DNA from: an uncultured Bacilli bacterium
GTDB lineage: Bacteria > Bacillota_I > Bacilli_A > RF39 > UBA660
DNA length: 64,000 nt
Assembly (NCBI GenBank): GCA_947632115.1
Contig: CANROB010000007.1
Location: forward strand, 67-64,066
Reading direction: 5' to 3'
The notes under the pieces were generated by a model that was not told the origin of the DNA, did not search any database, and saw nothing but the letters and a program-made list of their open reading frames with translations. The first letter of the stretch is position 1; each line of letters starts with the position of its first letter. Shown piece after piece: positions 9,954 through 18,701 of the stretch. The translations under genes were made by a program, and so were the position numbers.

Positions 9954-10040
9954 TTAAATCCAAGCTCCAAGTATAATAATTAAAAGAATAAATAATACAA
10001 GTACGATTGCTGCAGAAGATACTCCAGAATTACAACACAT
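9954..10040 (-). CDS. YjcZ-family tiny sporulation membrane peptide (28 aa)
   Basis: GGAGGAATG RBS. MCCNSGVSSAAIVLVLFILLIIILGAWI matches the remembered pattern of the YjcZ tiny-TM family (small G/C-rich head followed by ...VLFILLII...). Confidence 0.6.
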   Translation of the reverse strand: MCCNSGVSSAAIVLVLFILLIIILGAWI

Positions 10041-10182
10041 AAAATCATTCCTCCTTTTTGTCTTTTCACAGTTATTTTATGAATATTTCGTGAAGATGTG
10101 AAAGAAATCGTTGAATTTTATTTCTAGATTTGGTATCATAAGTTTGTACGTTGAAAAATGAGTACTAAAGGAAGGAGAAATT

Positions 10183-11166
10183 ATGAAGAGAAGAATTTTG
10201 ATGGTGGCTGGTTGTCTTGCCCTTGTTCTTACAACGGCTTGTGGTAATCCTAAACTAAAAAATGGAGAAGAGGTAGTCGTTTCTGTTGATGGCAAACAAA
10301 TTACAGCCAATGAATTATATAAGCAAATCAAAAAAGATTATGGTTATTCTGCTGCACTCAATTTGATTGATATGTATATTGCTGAAAAAGAGGTTGAAAC
10401 AACTGATGAAATCAAAGAACAAGCCCAAAGTTATCTCGACCAATTAAAAGAAATCGCTGAATCTTATGATATGGAATTAAAAGATGTAGCAGCTTACTAT
10501 ATTGGTCTTAGTAGCAATGATGAAAAGGAAATTAAAGATTATGCTATTTCTAATATCAAACTTTCAACAGCAATTGAAAATTGGGTATCTCAAAATATCA
10601 CAGATAAAGAAATTGAAGATTATTATAATGAGAAATATTCTGAGAAATTATCTGTTCGTCATATCCTTATCAATATTGAAGAAAGCGACAAGGATGGAAA
10701 GAAAGCCCTTGAGACTGCTAAGGATTTAATTAAGCAATTAAAGAAAACAGATAAGGATAAATTAGAAGATAAATTTATCGAACTAGCAAAAGAATATTCT
10801 GATGATGGCACTTATAGTGAAGGTGGATTATATGAAAACTTCATGAAGGGTGATGTTGTTAGTGAGTTCTGGGATGCTTCTAGCAAGTTAAAAGATGGAG
10901 AATATACTGCTGAGCCAGTAAAAACAGAATATGGTTACCATGTTATTTTAAGAAAATCAGCTTCTGCGAAACCATCTTTAGAAGATTCAAAAGAGGCTAT
11001 TAAAGTAGCTATTACCAATGAAAAATTAGATGATTCTTCTAGTAACACACAATACGAAGCCATGATTGCTTTAAGAGAAAAATATAATATTAAATTCTAT
11101 GATAGCGATATTGAAAATAGTTATAAAGATTTTAAAGATTCTCTAAAAACAGATGACCAAAAATAA
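10183..11166 (+). CDS. prsA: foldase lipoprotein PrsA (parvulin-type peptidyl-prolyl isomerase)
   Basis: Lipobox LVLTTAC; PpiC-type segment (VRHILI...EYSDD...GYHVI); AGGAGA RBS. Confidence 0.9.
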   Translation: MKRRILMVAGCLALVLTTACGNPKLKNGEEVVVSVDGKQITANELYKQIKKDYGYSAALNLIDMYIAEKEVETTDEIKEQAQSYLDQLKEIAESYDMELKDVAAYYIGLSSNDEKEIKDYAISNIKLSTAIENWVSQNITDKEIEDYYNEKYSEKLSVRHILINIEESDKDGKKALETAKDLIKQLKKTDKDKLEDKFIELAKEYSDDGTYSEGGLYENFMKGDVVSEFWDASSKLKDGEYTAEPVKTEYGYHVILRKSASAKPSLEDSKEAIKVAITNEKLDDSSSNTQYEAMIALREKYNIKFYDSDIENSYKDFKDSLKTDDQK

Positions 11167-11168
11167 AA

Positions 11169-11194
11169 ATCAGAAATTTTCTGATTTTTTTTTG
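11169..11194. terminator. hairpin plus T-run between the convergent prsA and recX genes
   Basis: ATCAGAA-att-TTCTGAT followed by a T10 run; overlaps the recX stop codon. Confidence 0.7.
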
Positions 11195-11949
11195 TCTAAA
11201 TAAGCTTCGATATCATGAATATCAAATCCCTTAGCATAAAGTTTTTCCTTTATCTTATAGAATAGTTCAGGAATTTCATATTTCTTCGATAACTTCTGAT
11301 AACATCTTTCATATTCTTGTTCTAGTTTCTCATCATCTTTTAAGGTTACTTGTGATAAATAGGCTAAGATGTCTTCACGATGATATCCAAGATTCACCAT
11401 ATCCATGACAATTTTTTGTTGCAATTGATAATTTGAATGCTTATGATCTTTTTGAATTCTCTTTTGAATTAACTTCTCCATTTTTTCTTGCACATAAGCC
11501 GTATCCACTTTAGCCATTTCTTCTAAAATAATACTCTCATCAATCTCTTCTGCATATAAATGATTTTGAATCTTATCCGGTCCATCATTCGTAAGATATA
11601 AACTATCAGAAATATAAGCCTTAGCGTAAGCCACATCCGATAATAATCCTATCCCCTTAAGACGATTTATCATTTTTTCTCTTTCTGAATCAGGAAGAGA
11701 AAAGTTTTCTAAATATTCCAATACCTCTTTGGTACTGCGAACTTTTCTTAAAAGATAATTCAAGGTTTTATGATAAATATCGGCATAAGCATTATCGATA
11801 CCAATTTGTTTCCAAGTCTCTTCTGTAATCTCCTTTTGAAATAGTAAATGATTTTTTAAAATGACATCATCATAGGTAGTAATCACTTCATCCCCTATTT
11901 TGACTTTATATTTTCCAGACTTTAGTTTTTTTATTTCTTCTACCTTCAT
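11170..11949 (-). CDS. recX: recombination regulator RecX
   Basis: Helical-repeat protein starting MKVEEIKKLKSGKYKVKIGDEVITTYDDVI, typical of Firmicutes RecX. Start set at the ATG preceded by GGTGA. Confidence 0.75.
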   Translation of the reverse strand: MKVEEIKKLKSGKYKVKIGDEVITTYDDVILKNHLLFQKEITEETWKQIGIDNAYADIYHKTLNYLLRKVRSTKEVLEYLENFSLPDSEREKMINRLKGIGLLSDVAYAKAYISDSLYLTNDGPDKIQNHLYAEEIDESIILEEMAKVDTAYVQEKMEKLIQKRIQKDHKHSNYQLQQKIVMDMVNLGYHREDILAYLSQVTLKDDEKLEQEYERCYQKLSKKYEIPELFYKIKEKLYAKGFDIHDIEAYLDKKKSENF

Positions 11950-12001
11950 AAGAATCACCATATTTATTATAGCAAACAAAGGTTTGGTTTTCAAGAGGTT
12001 T

Positions 12002-12208
12002 CTACTTTTTATCTAAAAGTCTTTCTTCGTATTCTTCATCTAACATTTTTTCAATTTTTAAACATTTTTCAAAATAGGCTTGTTCATATTTTTGAAGAAG
12101 TTCGCGATATTCTTCTCTTCCTTCTATATAAACTAATCTTCTTAACTCATTTCTAGGTACTTCAATCCACTCGTGTACCTTAGAAGAGTAGTCAGCTATA
12201 AAGTCCAT
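12002..12208 (-). CDS. hypothetical small protein
   Basis: 68-aa ORF with coding-like composition; no motif recognised. Confidence 0.4.
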   Translation of the reverse strand: MDFIADYSSKVHEWIEVPRNELRRLVYIEGREEYRELLQKYEQAYFEKCLKIEKMLDEEYEERLLDKK

Positions 12209-12305
12209 AGATTCCCTTCTTTCTACTTTCTATCTCATTATAATGGTTATATAACCAATAGTCAAGCAAACCGTAAAATTGTTATGATAATTTTAGAGGG
12301 ATGTT

Positions 12306-12545
12306 ATGGTCAAAATTGATGTGGAAAATGGATATTATCTTTTCAAATTAGATGACTTACTCAATCAAAATGCCATTAGCAAAAATCAGTTAATGCGAGA
12401 TACCAATACCGATTTTAAAGTATTACAACGGATTTGCAAAGGGGAAAATACGAGAGTAGATGTTACTGTATTTGCCAGATTATGTGACTATTTTGACTGT
12501 AATTTAACAGATATTATTGAATATATACCTAATGATTCTCATTAG
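12306..12545 (+). CDS. XRE/Cro-type helix-turn-helix transcriptional regulator
   Basis: ISKNQLMRDTNTDFKVLQRICKGE...LCDYFDCNLTDIIEY pattern of short HTH regulators. Confidence 0.75.
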   Translation: MVKIDVENGYYLFKLDDLLNQNAISKNQLMRDTNTDFKVLQRICKGENTRVDVTVFARLCDYFDCNLTDIIEYIPNDSH

Positions 12546-12579
12546 GTTTTTTCTTTCTATAAAAAAGGTAGTAAATTTA

Positions 12580-14616
12580 CTACCTTTCTTCATCCATCAT
12601 CATTTCTTTATTGGTTTTCATATCAAGAGTTGCTTCGTTTACCGCATCATCAATTGTCTTAATCGCATCATTGATCATACTCCAACCCGTTGCTGCTCCA
12701 AAACCGTGACTTAATTCTTTTAATTCTTTATTTAACTTACGAATATAAGCAGAAACTTGTTTTTCTTCATATTCTACCATATAAATTAAGAATTCATTTC
12801 CGTCCGTACGGATAATTTCCGAACGTGGCATTTGCGTTTGAATCAAAATATTAGCAGCCTCTGTAATAACTTTATCCCCTTCTTCATGGCCAAAGTTATC
12901 ATTAATATAAGCAATATTATTCAAATCTACGATAATGATAATTTGTGGATAAACCTCGGAATTATCCCATTTTTCAATATTATCATTCAAATAAGCACGA
13001 TTCTTTAACGAGGTAAGAGAATCGATATAACGAATCTTTTCATCCTTAGAAAGCGTCCTTTTTCTTCTTTTCTTCAAGAAGACGAAAACATTTTTAGCAT
13101 TATACAAAAATTGAATGAGAACTAGAAACGCTAATACAATGATACTAATCAAATAGTAAGTTTCTTTGCTCTCTACTTTAAAGATACTACCATAACTATT
13201 ATTTACCATAATTTGAATAGGCATATACTCTAAATAGAAGTCAAAAAGATCTGCAAATATCTTGTTTTCTTTTTGCGTTACAAAATTGTAATCTGTATTT
13301 AAAGAGAATAGATAGTTTATCTTATAATTTGCTAAAGAACTGTTTTTATAATACTCATAGTTTTCAAAATCAAGAACAATGATTTTTTCATGTCCAGCAA
13401 ATAATTCTTTTAAATTATCATATTCTTTTACTTGAAGTTTTTGATCTATCAAGTATTGATGTAATTTTGTACCCTTTACAACTGCTACCGTTTCTCCTTC
13501 TAAAGAATTTAAAGAAGTAACGGCTTTAGAAGAATCTACTAAAGAAAGAACAGCGATCTTGGCAGGAAGCGCAGAAACTGTCTCATAAGCATTTTCTGCC
13601 TCTACTGTATAAGAATTAAAGAAGAAATCAATATTTCCATTTTCAAAAGCACCAACAAGTTCATCCTTGCTTTCATATCCTTTTTGATACTCCATATCAA
13701 TGTTTGCAAATTCTGCAAACGTTTTAATTAAAGAATAATTAATTCCCTTTAACTCTCCACTTACAATCTTATCATAGGCCCCATTTTCTACAAATCCATA
13801 CACATAGGACTTATCTCGAAGCGTCGTTGCTTCCTTTTCTGTAATAGATTTAAAAGAAAAATAGGTATCTAGTAAATTTGTATAATAAGAATTTTGGAAA
13901 GTTTTTTGGTACCATTCTTCAAAGGTTTTAGAGACAATACTATTTAAAATATCTTCTCCATTTAAATTTAACACATATATTTTTTTCAAATCAGTTACTT
14001 GATAAGAAATAAAATAATTGTTCGTTAGAATATCATCAAGATACAAAGTCTTTAGACCAATTATACCACTAAGTTTGGTATCTTCCGCTTGAAAGGCACT
14101 CATAAGTTCTAATTCCGTATCATAAGGAACATAAGTAATTGTTGATCCAGATAAGTGTTTTTGAATAGCTTCTAAGTCACTATTCAAAACGCCTATCGTT
14201 TGATTTTGAATTTCTTCTAAAGAAGAATATACAACTTTTTCTTTTGTAATCAATACATAATTATCTTCTAAAATGGGAAGTTGATTCTCTGATGGGTCCT
14301 CTACTAGTTCAATAGCATAGGTTTTATCCTCTACTGACCCAAAAGCTTCATAAGCAACTTCATTAAAAGGGATTTCTGTCTTTTTTTCTAATTGTTCTAC
14401 AAAATCAAAGAAAACCCCTTTACCCATATAAGTAAGACTAGCAATATCTCTAGGAATGTAAATATCCACAACATTACTCTTATTCGATTGTAACCATCTT
14501 TCTTCTTCGGCATTAAAAGCATGATTTTCATTTCGATTCCATAAGAAGTAACCGCCAACTGCTAGTGCGCCTATCAGCACAAGGGCAAGGATAATCCAAC
14601 TTATTTTCTTTTTCAT
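12580..14616 (-). CDS. membrane sensor with two extracytoplasmic solute-binding-like domains and a degenerate GGDEF domain
   Basis: N-terminal TM, about 480 aa of extracytoplasmic region, a second TM, then DSLTSLKNRAYL...FGHEEGD...RTDGNEFLI. DGNEF stands in place of GG(D/E)EF. Confidence 0.8.
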   Translation of the reverse strand: MKKKISWIILALVLIGALAVGGYFLWNRNENHAFNAEEERWLQSNKSNVVDIYIPRDIASLTYMGKGVFFDFVEQLEKKTEIPFNEVAYEAFGSVEDKTYAIELVEDPSENQLPILEDNYVLITKEKVVYSSLEEIQNQTIGVLNSDLEAIQKHLSGSTITYVPYDTELELMSAFQAEDTKLSGIIGLKTLYLDDILTNNYFISYQVTDLKKIYVLNLNGEDILNSIVSKTFEEWYQKTFQNSYYTNLLDTYFSFKSITEKEATTLRDKSYVYGFVENGAYDKIVSGELKGINYSLIKTFAEFANIDMEYQKGYESKDELVGAFENGNIDFFFNSYTVEAENAYETVSALPAKIAVLSLVDSSKAVTSLNSLEGETVAVVKGTKLHQYLIDQKLQVKEYDNLKELFAGHEKIIVLDFENYEYYKNSSLANYKINYLFSLNTDYNFVTQKENKIFADLFDFYLEYMPIQIMVNNSYGSIFKVESKETYYLISIIVLAFLVLIQFLYNAKNVFVFLKKRRKRTLSKDEKIRYIDSLTSLKNRAYLNDNIEKWDNSEVYPQIIIIVDLNNIAYINDNFGHEEGDKVITEAANILIQTQMPRSEIIRTDGNEFLIYMVEYEEKQVSAYIRKLNKELKELSHGFGAATGWSMINDAIKTIDDAVNEATLDMKTNKEMMMDEER

Positions 14617-14633
14617 ATTTTATATACTCCTAA

Positions 14634-15119
14634 CTATTCCCAGACAAAGTGGTCAATAACAGTTCCATCAATCATCTTTCTCTTCTTACCAATTACTGGG
14701 TAAGTTTCACTTTCTTCTACATCACTATCTACCATTAATTCTAACTCATAGAACTTAAGTTCTTCTTCTTTAAACGCAGCAATAATATCATTTGCCATCT
14801 TACGCACATCGGTAAGAGTTGTCTCATCACTAACAGTTACTACAATATCAATCAGATTACATTTGATGTCAAAATCCTCCATCTTCATTGTTGGATAAGC
14901 TTCAATGGCATCCTTAACACCATTTTTTCTCTCATCTGTAATCATAATACTTTCGGTAATATCACAACGATCGCCATAATAACTCTCTTTCGTATCTGGC
15001 GTTAAATACTTATAAATACGCATAACCGCATAAAAACAAATAAATAAAAGGATAAGTACAATAACAAGAATAATTAGTTTTTTTCTATGTTTTTTTAAAA
15101 AGGATTGTACGTTTTTCAT
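14634..15119 (-). CDS. hypothetical membrane-anchored protein
   Basis: Single N-terminal TM segment; GAGGTGG RBS before MKNVQSF. Confidence 0.5.
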   Translation of the reverse strand: MKNVQSFLKKHRKKLIILVIVLILLFICFYAVMRIYKYLTPDTKESYYGDRCDITESIMITDERKNGVKDAIEAYPTMKMEDFDIKCNLIDIVVTVSDETTLTDVRKMANDIIAAFKEEELKFYELELMVDSDVEESETYPVIGKKRKMIDGTVIDHFVWE

Positions 15120-15191
15120 AATCCACCTCTTTACCATTATACTATAAAAACTCTTTTTAGTAAATAAGAGAGTAACAACGAAAAAAGAGGA

Positions 15192-15620
15192 TTACTCCTC
15201 TTCTGGTGCTTCTTTTTCATCAGATTTTAGTTTTTCTAATACTTCACTAGTTACAGCACTAGTTTTTTCACGAATGGCTGTTGCCGTTTTCTCCATTACT
15301 GGAGTTCCCTTTTCTACCACATAATCTACTAATTCTTGGCACATATCTTGAAGTTTTTTTGCTTTAGATTTAGCAATCGCTAATACTTTCTCTTTATCTA
15401 AATCTTCAATTCCTTCTTTAATTTCGGCAATCTTTACTTCAATGGTTTCTTTTACATCATCCATTTTTAATTCTTTTGCCTTTTTGTAAAGTTCTTCCAT
15501 TTTTGCTTTTAATTCTGCTCTTGTCTCACTACCTGATTTAGGAGCAAATAAAACTCCCAAGCCAGCTCCAATAGCTAAACCAGCAATAAACTTTCCTAAT
15601 CCACTGTTCTTTTTACTCAT
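15192..15620 (-). CDS. YtxH-domain general stress protein
   Basis: GKFIAGLAIGAGLGVLFAPKSGSETRAELK N-terminus followed by a long helical region. Confidence 0.8.
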   Translation of the reverse strand: MSKKNSGLGKFIAGLAIGAGLGVLFAPKSGSETRAELKAKMEELYKKAKELKMDDVKETIEVKIAEIKEGIEDLDKEKVLAIAKSKAKKLQDMCQELVDYVVEKGTPVMEKTATAIREKTSAVTSEVLEKLKSDEKEAPEEE

Positions 15621-15903
15621 TTTTTCCTCTTCCTTTCTTTTTCTTTCCCATTACAAAATGAATAGCATTCGTAACACTACTTACGATTTTATCGCTCACA
15701 CTAGCTGCATAATCGGTTACTTTATCAATGATATCAAATAAACCGTCTACTTTAACCATTTTGCTGTTAACATCATCTAAAACACGATCGACTTTATTTA
15801 ATGTTTTAATTAATCTAACAGCTAAAACGATTAAGACAACAACAAGAATAATCAAAGCCAGATAAAGAGTAATTGGTAATACTTCCGTTAAATCGATAGT
15901 CAT
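15613..15903 (-). CDS. DUF948 (YtxG-like) membrane protein
   Basis: N-terminal TM followed by LIKTLNKVDRVLDDVNSKM. Located upstream of the ytxH-like gene, as in the Bacillus ytxGH operon. Confidence 0.65.
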   Translation of the reverse strand: MTIDLTEVLPITLYLALIILVVVLIVLAVRLIKTLNKVDRVLDDVNSKMVKVDGLFDIIDKVTDYAASVSDKIVSSVTNAIHFVMGKKKKGRGKNE

Positions 15904-16778
15904 TATTCGTCTCCTTCCTCATACATTGAATCAATTAAATTGAATAGATCACTTTCTGAAATAGAAGCATCTTTCTTCTTTGGTTTTGCTTTAGAAGCAG
16001 ATGTTGAGGAAGTCATTTTTTTATCTTTTTCTTTTTTTAAAAGAAGATTATCTAACTCCTTAGTAAGATCAACGGTTGCTTCCTCTAATTCACGAACATT
16101 TGCTTTTTGAGGAACAACTTTAGGTTCTACCTTATCTTTACCTTCCAATTCATCGAAGAGATCTACTTCTTCTTTTGGTTCCTCAAAAGTAACTGGTTTA
16201 GCAGTCATAGACTCCTGTAAATCATCCTCAAGAGTTCCAAAAGCCTTATTGCGAATACTATCTACACTTAAACCATCAGCAGAGTTCTTTGCTCTTGTAA
16301 CAGACTCTTTATGATCAATAATATCTTCCTTATGATAATTCTTATCAAGAATTCCATAAACCGGAGAAATGATTGGCGTTGGTTTAAAATTTTGTTTTTC
16401 CGTATGAAGAATCGAAGTACTACTGTAAGCTCCTCCATAAGGTTTAGGGGTTTCCTCTTTTTTCTCCTCTACTATTTTCTCTGGTTGTTTTACTACTTCT
16501 CGTTCTCTACTTCTTCTTGGCGTTACTAAATCTTCAAAGTCACGGTCAGTAAAGAAAACAGCACTATTTTTCTTTTCTTCGTTTGTTTTCTTTTCCTCTT
16601 CTTCGAGTAAGAATTCTTCCTCTTTTTTCGTTTCCTCTCTCGTTGGTGTTTTTTCTACACTAGGAGATTCAATGGGAACGCTTCTTACGTCTTTTTTAAT
16701 TTGTTCTACTTTAATCTCTTCTTCGTCATCTTCTACTTCTTCTGTAAAAATATTTTTGATTCTATCTACTAATCCCAT
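15903..16778 (-). CDS. E/K-rich low-complexity protein with a SepF-like N-terminal amphipathic peptide
   Basis: Starts MGLVDRIKNIFTEEVEDDEEE; the rest is charged low-complexity sequence with no SepF C-terminal domain recognisable. Confidence 0.45.
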   Translation of the reverse strand: MGLVDRIKNIFTEEVEDDEEEIKVEQIKKDVRSVPIESPSVEKTPTREETKKEEEFLLEEEEKKTNEEKKNSAVFFTDRDFEDLVTPRRSREREVVKQPEKIVEEKKEETPKPYGGAYSSTSILHTEKQNFKPTPIISPVYGILDKNYHKEDIIDHKESVTRAKNSADGLSVDSIRNKAFGTLEDDLQESMTAKPVTFEEPKEEVDLFDELEGKDKVEPKVVPQKANVRELEEATVDLTKELDNLLLKKEKDKKMTSSTSASKAKPKKKDASISESDLFNLIDSMYEEGDE

Positions 16779-16795
16779 AATCCACCTTTTCCTTT

Positions 16796-17407
16796 TTAGC
16801 CTTCGTCGTATACTTCTAGTTCGAAGACATCTTCTTTTGAATCATTTTGTGTGAATACTTCATATTTTTCTTCTCGGTTTGTAAAGTATCCCTCATCTAG
16901 CATTAAGTCAATTACTTCTGAATTAAACTGAATGGTTGATAAAATATAGGCAGAGTTTAAAATTGCATCATTTAAATCTGATTCCGCAACAACAGTTTCA
17001 ATCTTTGCATGATTATAGACAAACTCTACATAATATAAATCCTCTTCTTCATCAATTTCCAAATAGCCTGACCATTCAAAGCCATCTTCTTTCGATAACT
17101 TCCTAGAATAGAAGACATCATTTTTCTCTTCATATTCTTCTTCTTTATCATTATAATATCCAATGGCATCTACATACAAGTAATAATAATTTCCATTCGA
17201 ATAAAGTTTATCATTCAATTCATCGGTATCGATGTAAGTTACCCCTCTTGGAACATAGTACTTATATCCTTGTCCAACCCGATTATAAAGTGTATTTTTC
17301 TTAGAAAGAACAACATTTACAATCGTATCAATGTTACTAGTATCAATCCGGACAACGGTACAACCACAAACCAAAAAGAGGAGCAGAAAGGTTATGATTT
17401 TTTTCAT
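16796..17407 (-). CDS. hypothetical lipoprotein
   Basis: Signal peptide with lipobox (LLFLVCGC). Confidence 0.6.
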   Translation of the reverse strand: MKKIITFLLLFLVCGCTVVRIDTSNIDTIVNVVLSKKNTLYNRVGQGYKYYVPRGVTYIDTDELNDKLYSNGNYYYLYVDAIGYYNDKEEEYEEKNDVFYSRKLSKEDGFEWSGYLEIDEEEDLYYVEFVYNHAKIETVVAESDLNDAILNSAYILSTIQFNSEVIDLMLDEGYFTNREEKYEVFTQNDSKEDVFELEVYDEG

Positions 17408-17451
17408 ACCCCACCTCTATATTTCATTATATCAAAAACAATTCATAATTT

Positions 17452-18105
17452 CTAGCATTTTCTATTATTTCTTCCGTTATCGACAGCTTCCAAGAAATAA
17501 ATGGGAAATCCTTTCGCATGAAACTTTCTTTCATACTCCGTAGGAATATTTTCTTCTAAGCCCTCTTCATAGATATCTAAAGACACTTCTTTTAAATGAT
17601 ATCCATAATTCGTAACCTCTTTTAGGGCAAATTCAAAAAGAGCTCGATTATCTGTTTTTATCAAAATTCTTTTTTCATCTCGAAATAAAGAATCATATTT
17701 TTCTAAAAAATGGCTACTCATAAGCCTACGATGTGCATGGCGCACTTTAGGCCAAGGATCAGAGAAATTTAAATAGATGGTATCAATTTCTTTTGAAAAA
17801 GCATCCTCAATAGCCTCAGCATCCATACGAATCAAACGTAGATTTGGTAAATCTATATCTTCTAGTTTTTCTAATGCTCTTACTATTACACTATCAAATT
17901 TTTCAATACCGATAAAATTAATTTCTGGATATCTTTTTGCTTTTTCAATTAAAAAATCACCTTTTCCCATACCAATTTCTAGATGAATGGGATGCGTATT
18001 TTGAAAAAGTTCTTGATAATGTCCTTTCCACTTTTTATAATCTAAAAGCATGTAGTTAGAGTTTTCAATTTTTTCTGCAGCTCCTCTTACATTTCTAAGT
18101 CGCAT
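17452..18105 (-). CDS. trmB: tRNA (guanine46-N7)-methyltransferase TrmB
   Basis: EIGMGKGDF SAM motif and FSDPWPK motif. Confidence 0.9.
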   Translation of the reverse strand: MRLRNVRGAAEKIENSNYMLLDYKKWKGHYQELFQNTHPIHLEIGMGKGDFLIEKAKRYPEINFIGIEKFDSVIVRALEKLEDIDLPNLRLIRMDAEAIEDAFSKEIDTIYLNFSDPWPKVRHAHRRLMSSHFLEKYDSLFRDEKRILIKTDNRALFEFALKEVTNYGYHLKEVSLDIYEEGLEENIPTEYERKFHAKGFPIYFLEAVDNGRNNRKC

Positions 18106-18175
18106 TCTATCACCAAACTCATTATATCACATTTTCCTACTACTATCATATAATGAATTAGACTAGGAGGGAATT

Positions 18176-18451
18176 ATGAAAAAAGAAAGAAATTGTTCCG
18201 GCAATATGCAAATGCCGATGTATGGAGTAGGAATGCCAGTTCCAATGCCACCCGCACCACCGGTTATGATGCCTTATGCAACACAAACAACTAGTACGAG
18301 TTATGGATCTACTTATAATAATATGGAACAACAAATGAACAATATGCAACAACAAATTAATATGTTGGAAAATAGAGTCAGTAAGTTAGAGGGAAAAACC
18401 AGTACAAACTATACTAATAACTATAATGACTCCAACTATTACATGTTATAA
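18176..18451 (+). CDS. M/P/Q/N-rich small protein (possible spore-associated protein)
   Basis: GGAGGG RBS; composition-biased sequence (MPVPMPPAPPVMMP, QQMNNMQQQINM); located next to sspI. Confidence 0.45.
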   Translation: MKKERNCSGNMQMPMYGVGMPVPMPPAPPVMMPYATQTTSTSYGSTYNNMEQQMNNMQQQINMLENRVSKLEGKTSTNYTNNYNDSNYYML

Positions 18452-18494
18452 TTCATCTTTTTTTATTCATACTATCCTTAGAAAGGATGATAGT

Positions 18495-18701
18495 ATGAAT
18501 ATCGATATTAGAAAAAGCATCACGGCTAACTTTCAAGACTCTCCTTTAGAAGAATTTCGGGAAGCAATTGAAAGTTCTATTCAAGCAAAGGAGGAAATGG
18601 CTTTACCAGGATTAGGGGTTTTCTTTGAAGTGTTGTGGAAATCCAGTACGGAAGAAGATAAAGAAAAAATGTTAAATCAGCTAAAAAAGAATCTAGTCTA
18701 G
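18495..18701 (+). CDS. sspI: small acid-soluble spore protein SspI
   Basis: MNIDIRKSITANF...MALPGLGVFFEVLWKSS..EDKEKML parallels remembered B. subtilis SspI (MDLNLRHAVIANV...MLPGLGVLFEVIW). Start trimmed to the ATG with an AAAGGA RBS. Confidence 0.75.
   Translation: MNIDIRKSITANFQDSPLEEFREAIESSIQAKEEMALPGLGVFFEVLWKSSTEEDKEKMLNQLKKNLV

Noticed and set aside
10077-10331. 84-aa minus-strand ORF overlapping the prsA start
   Set aside because: It is antisense to the prsA signal peptide and promoter region and has no RBS.
15903-16778. Possible SepF call for the E/K-rich protein
   Set aside because: Only the N-terminal amphipathic peptide resembles SepF, and the conserved SepF C-terminal domain is not recognisable. 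It is kept as a hypothetical protein.
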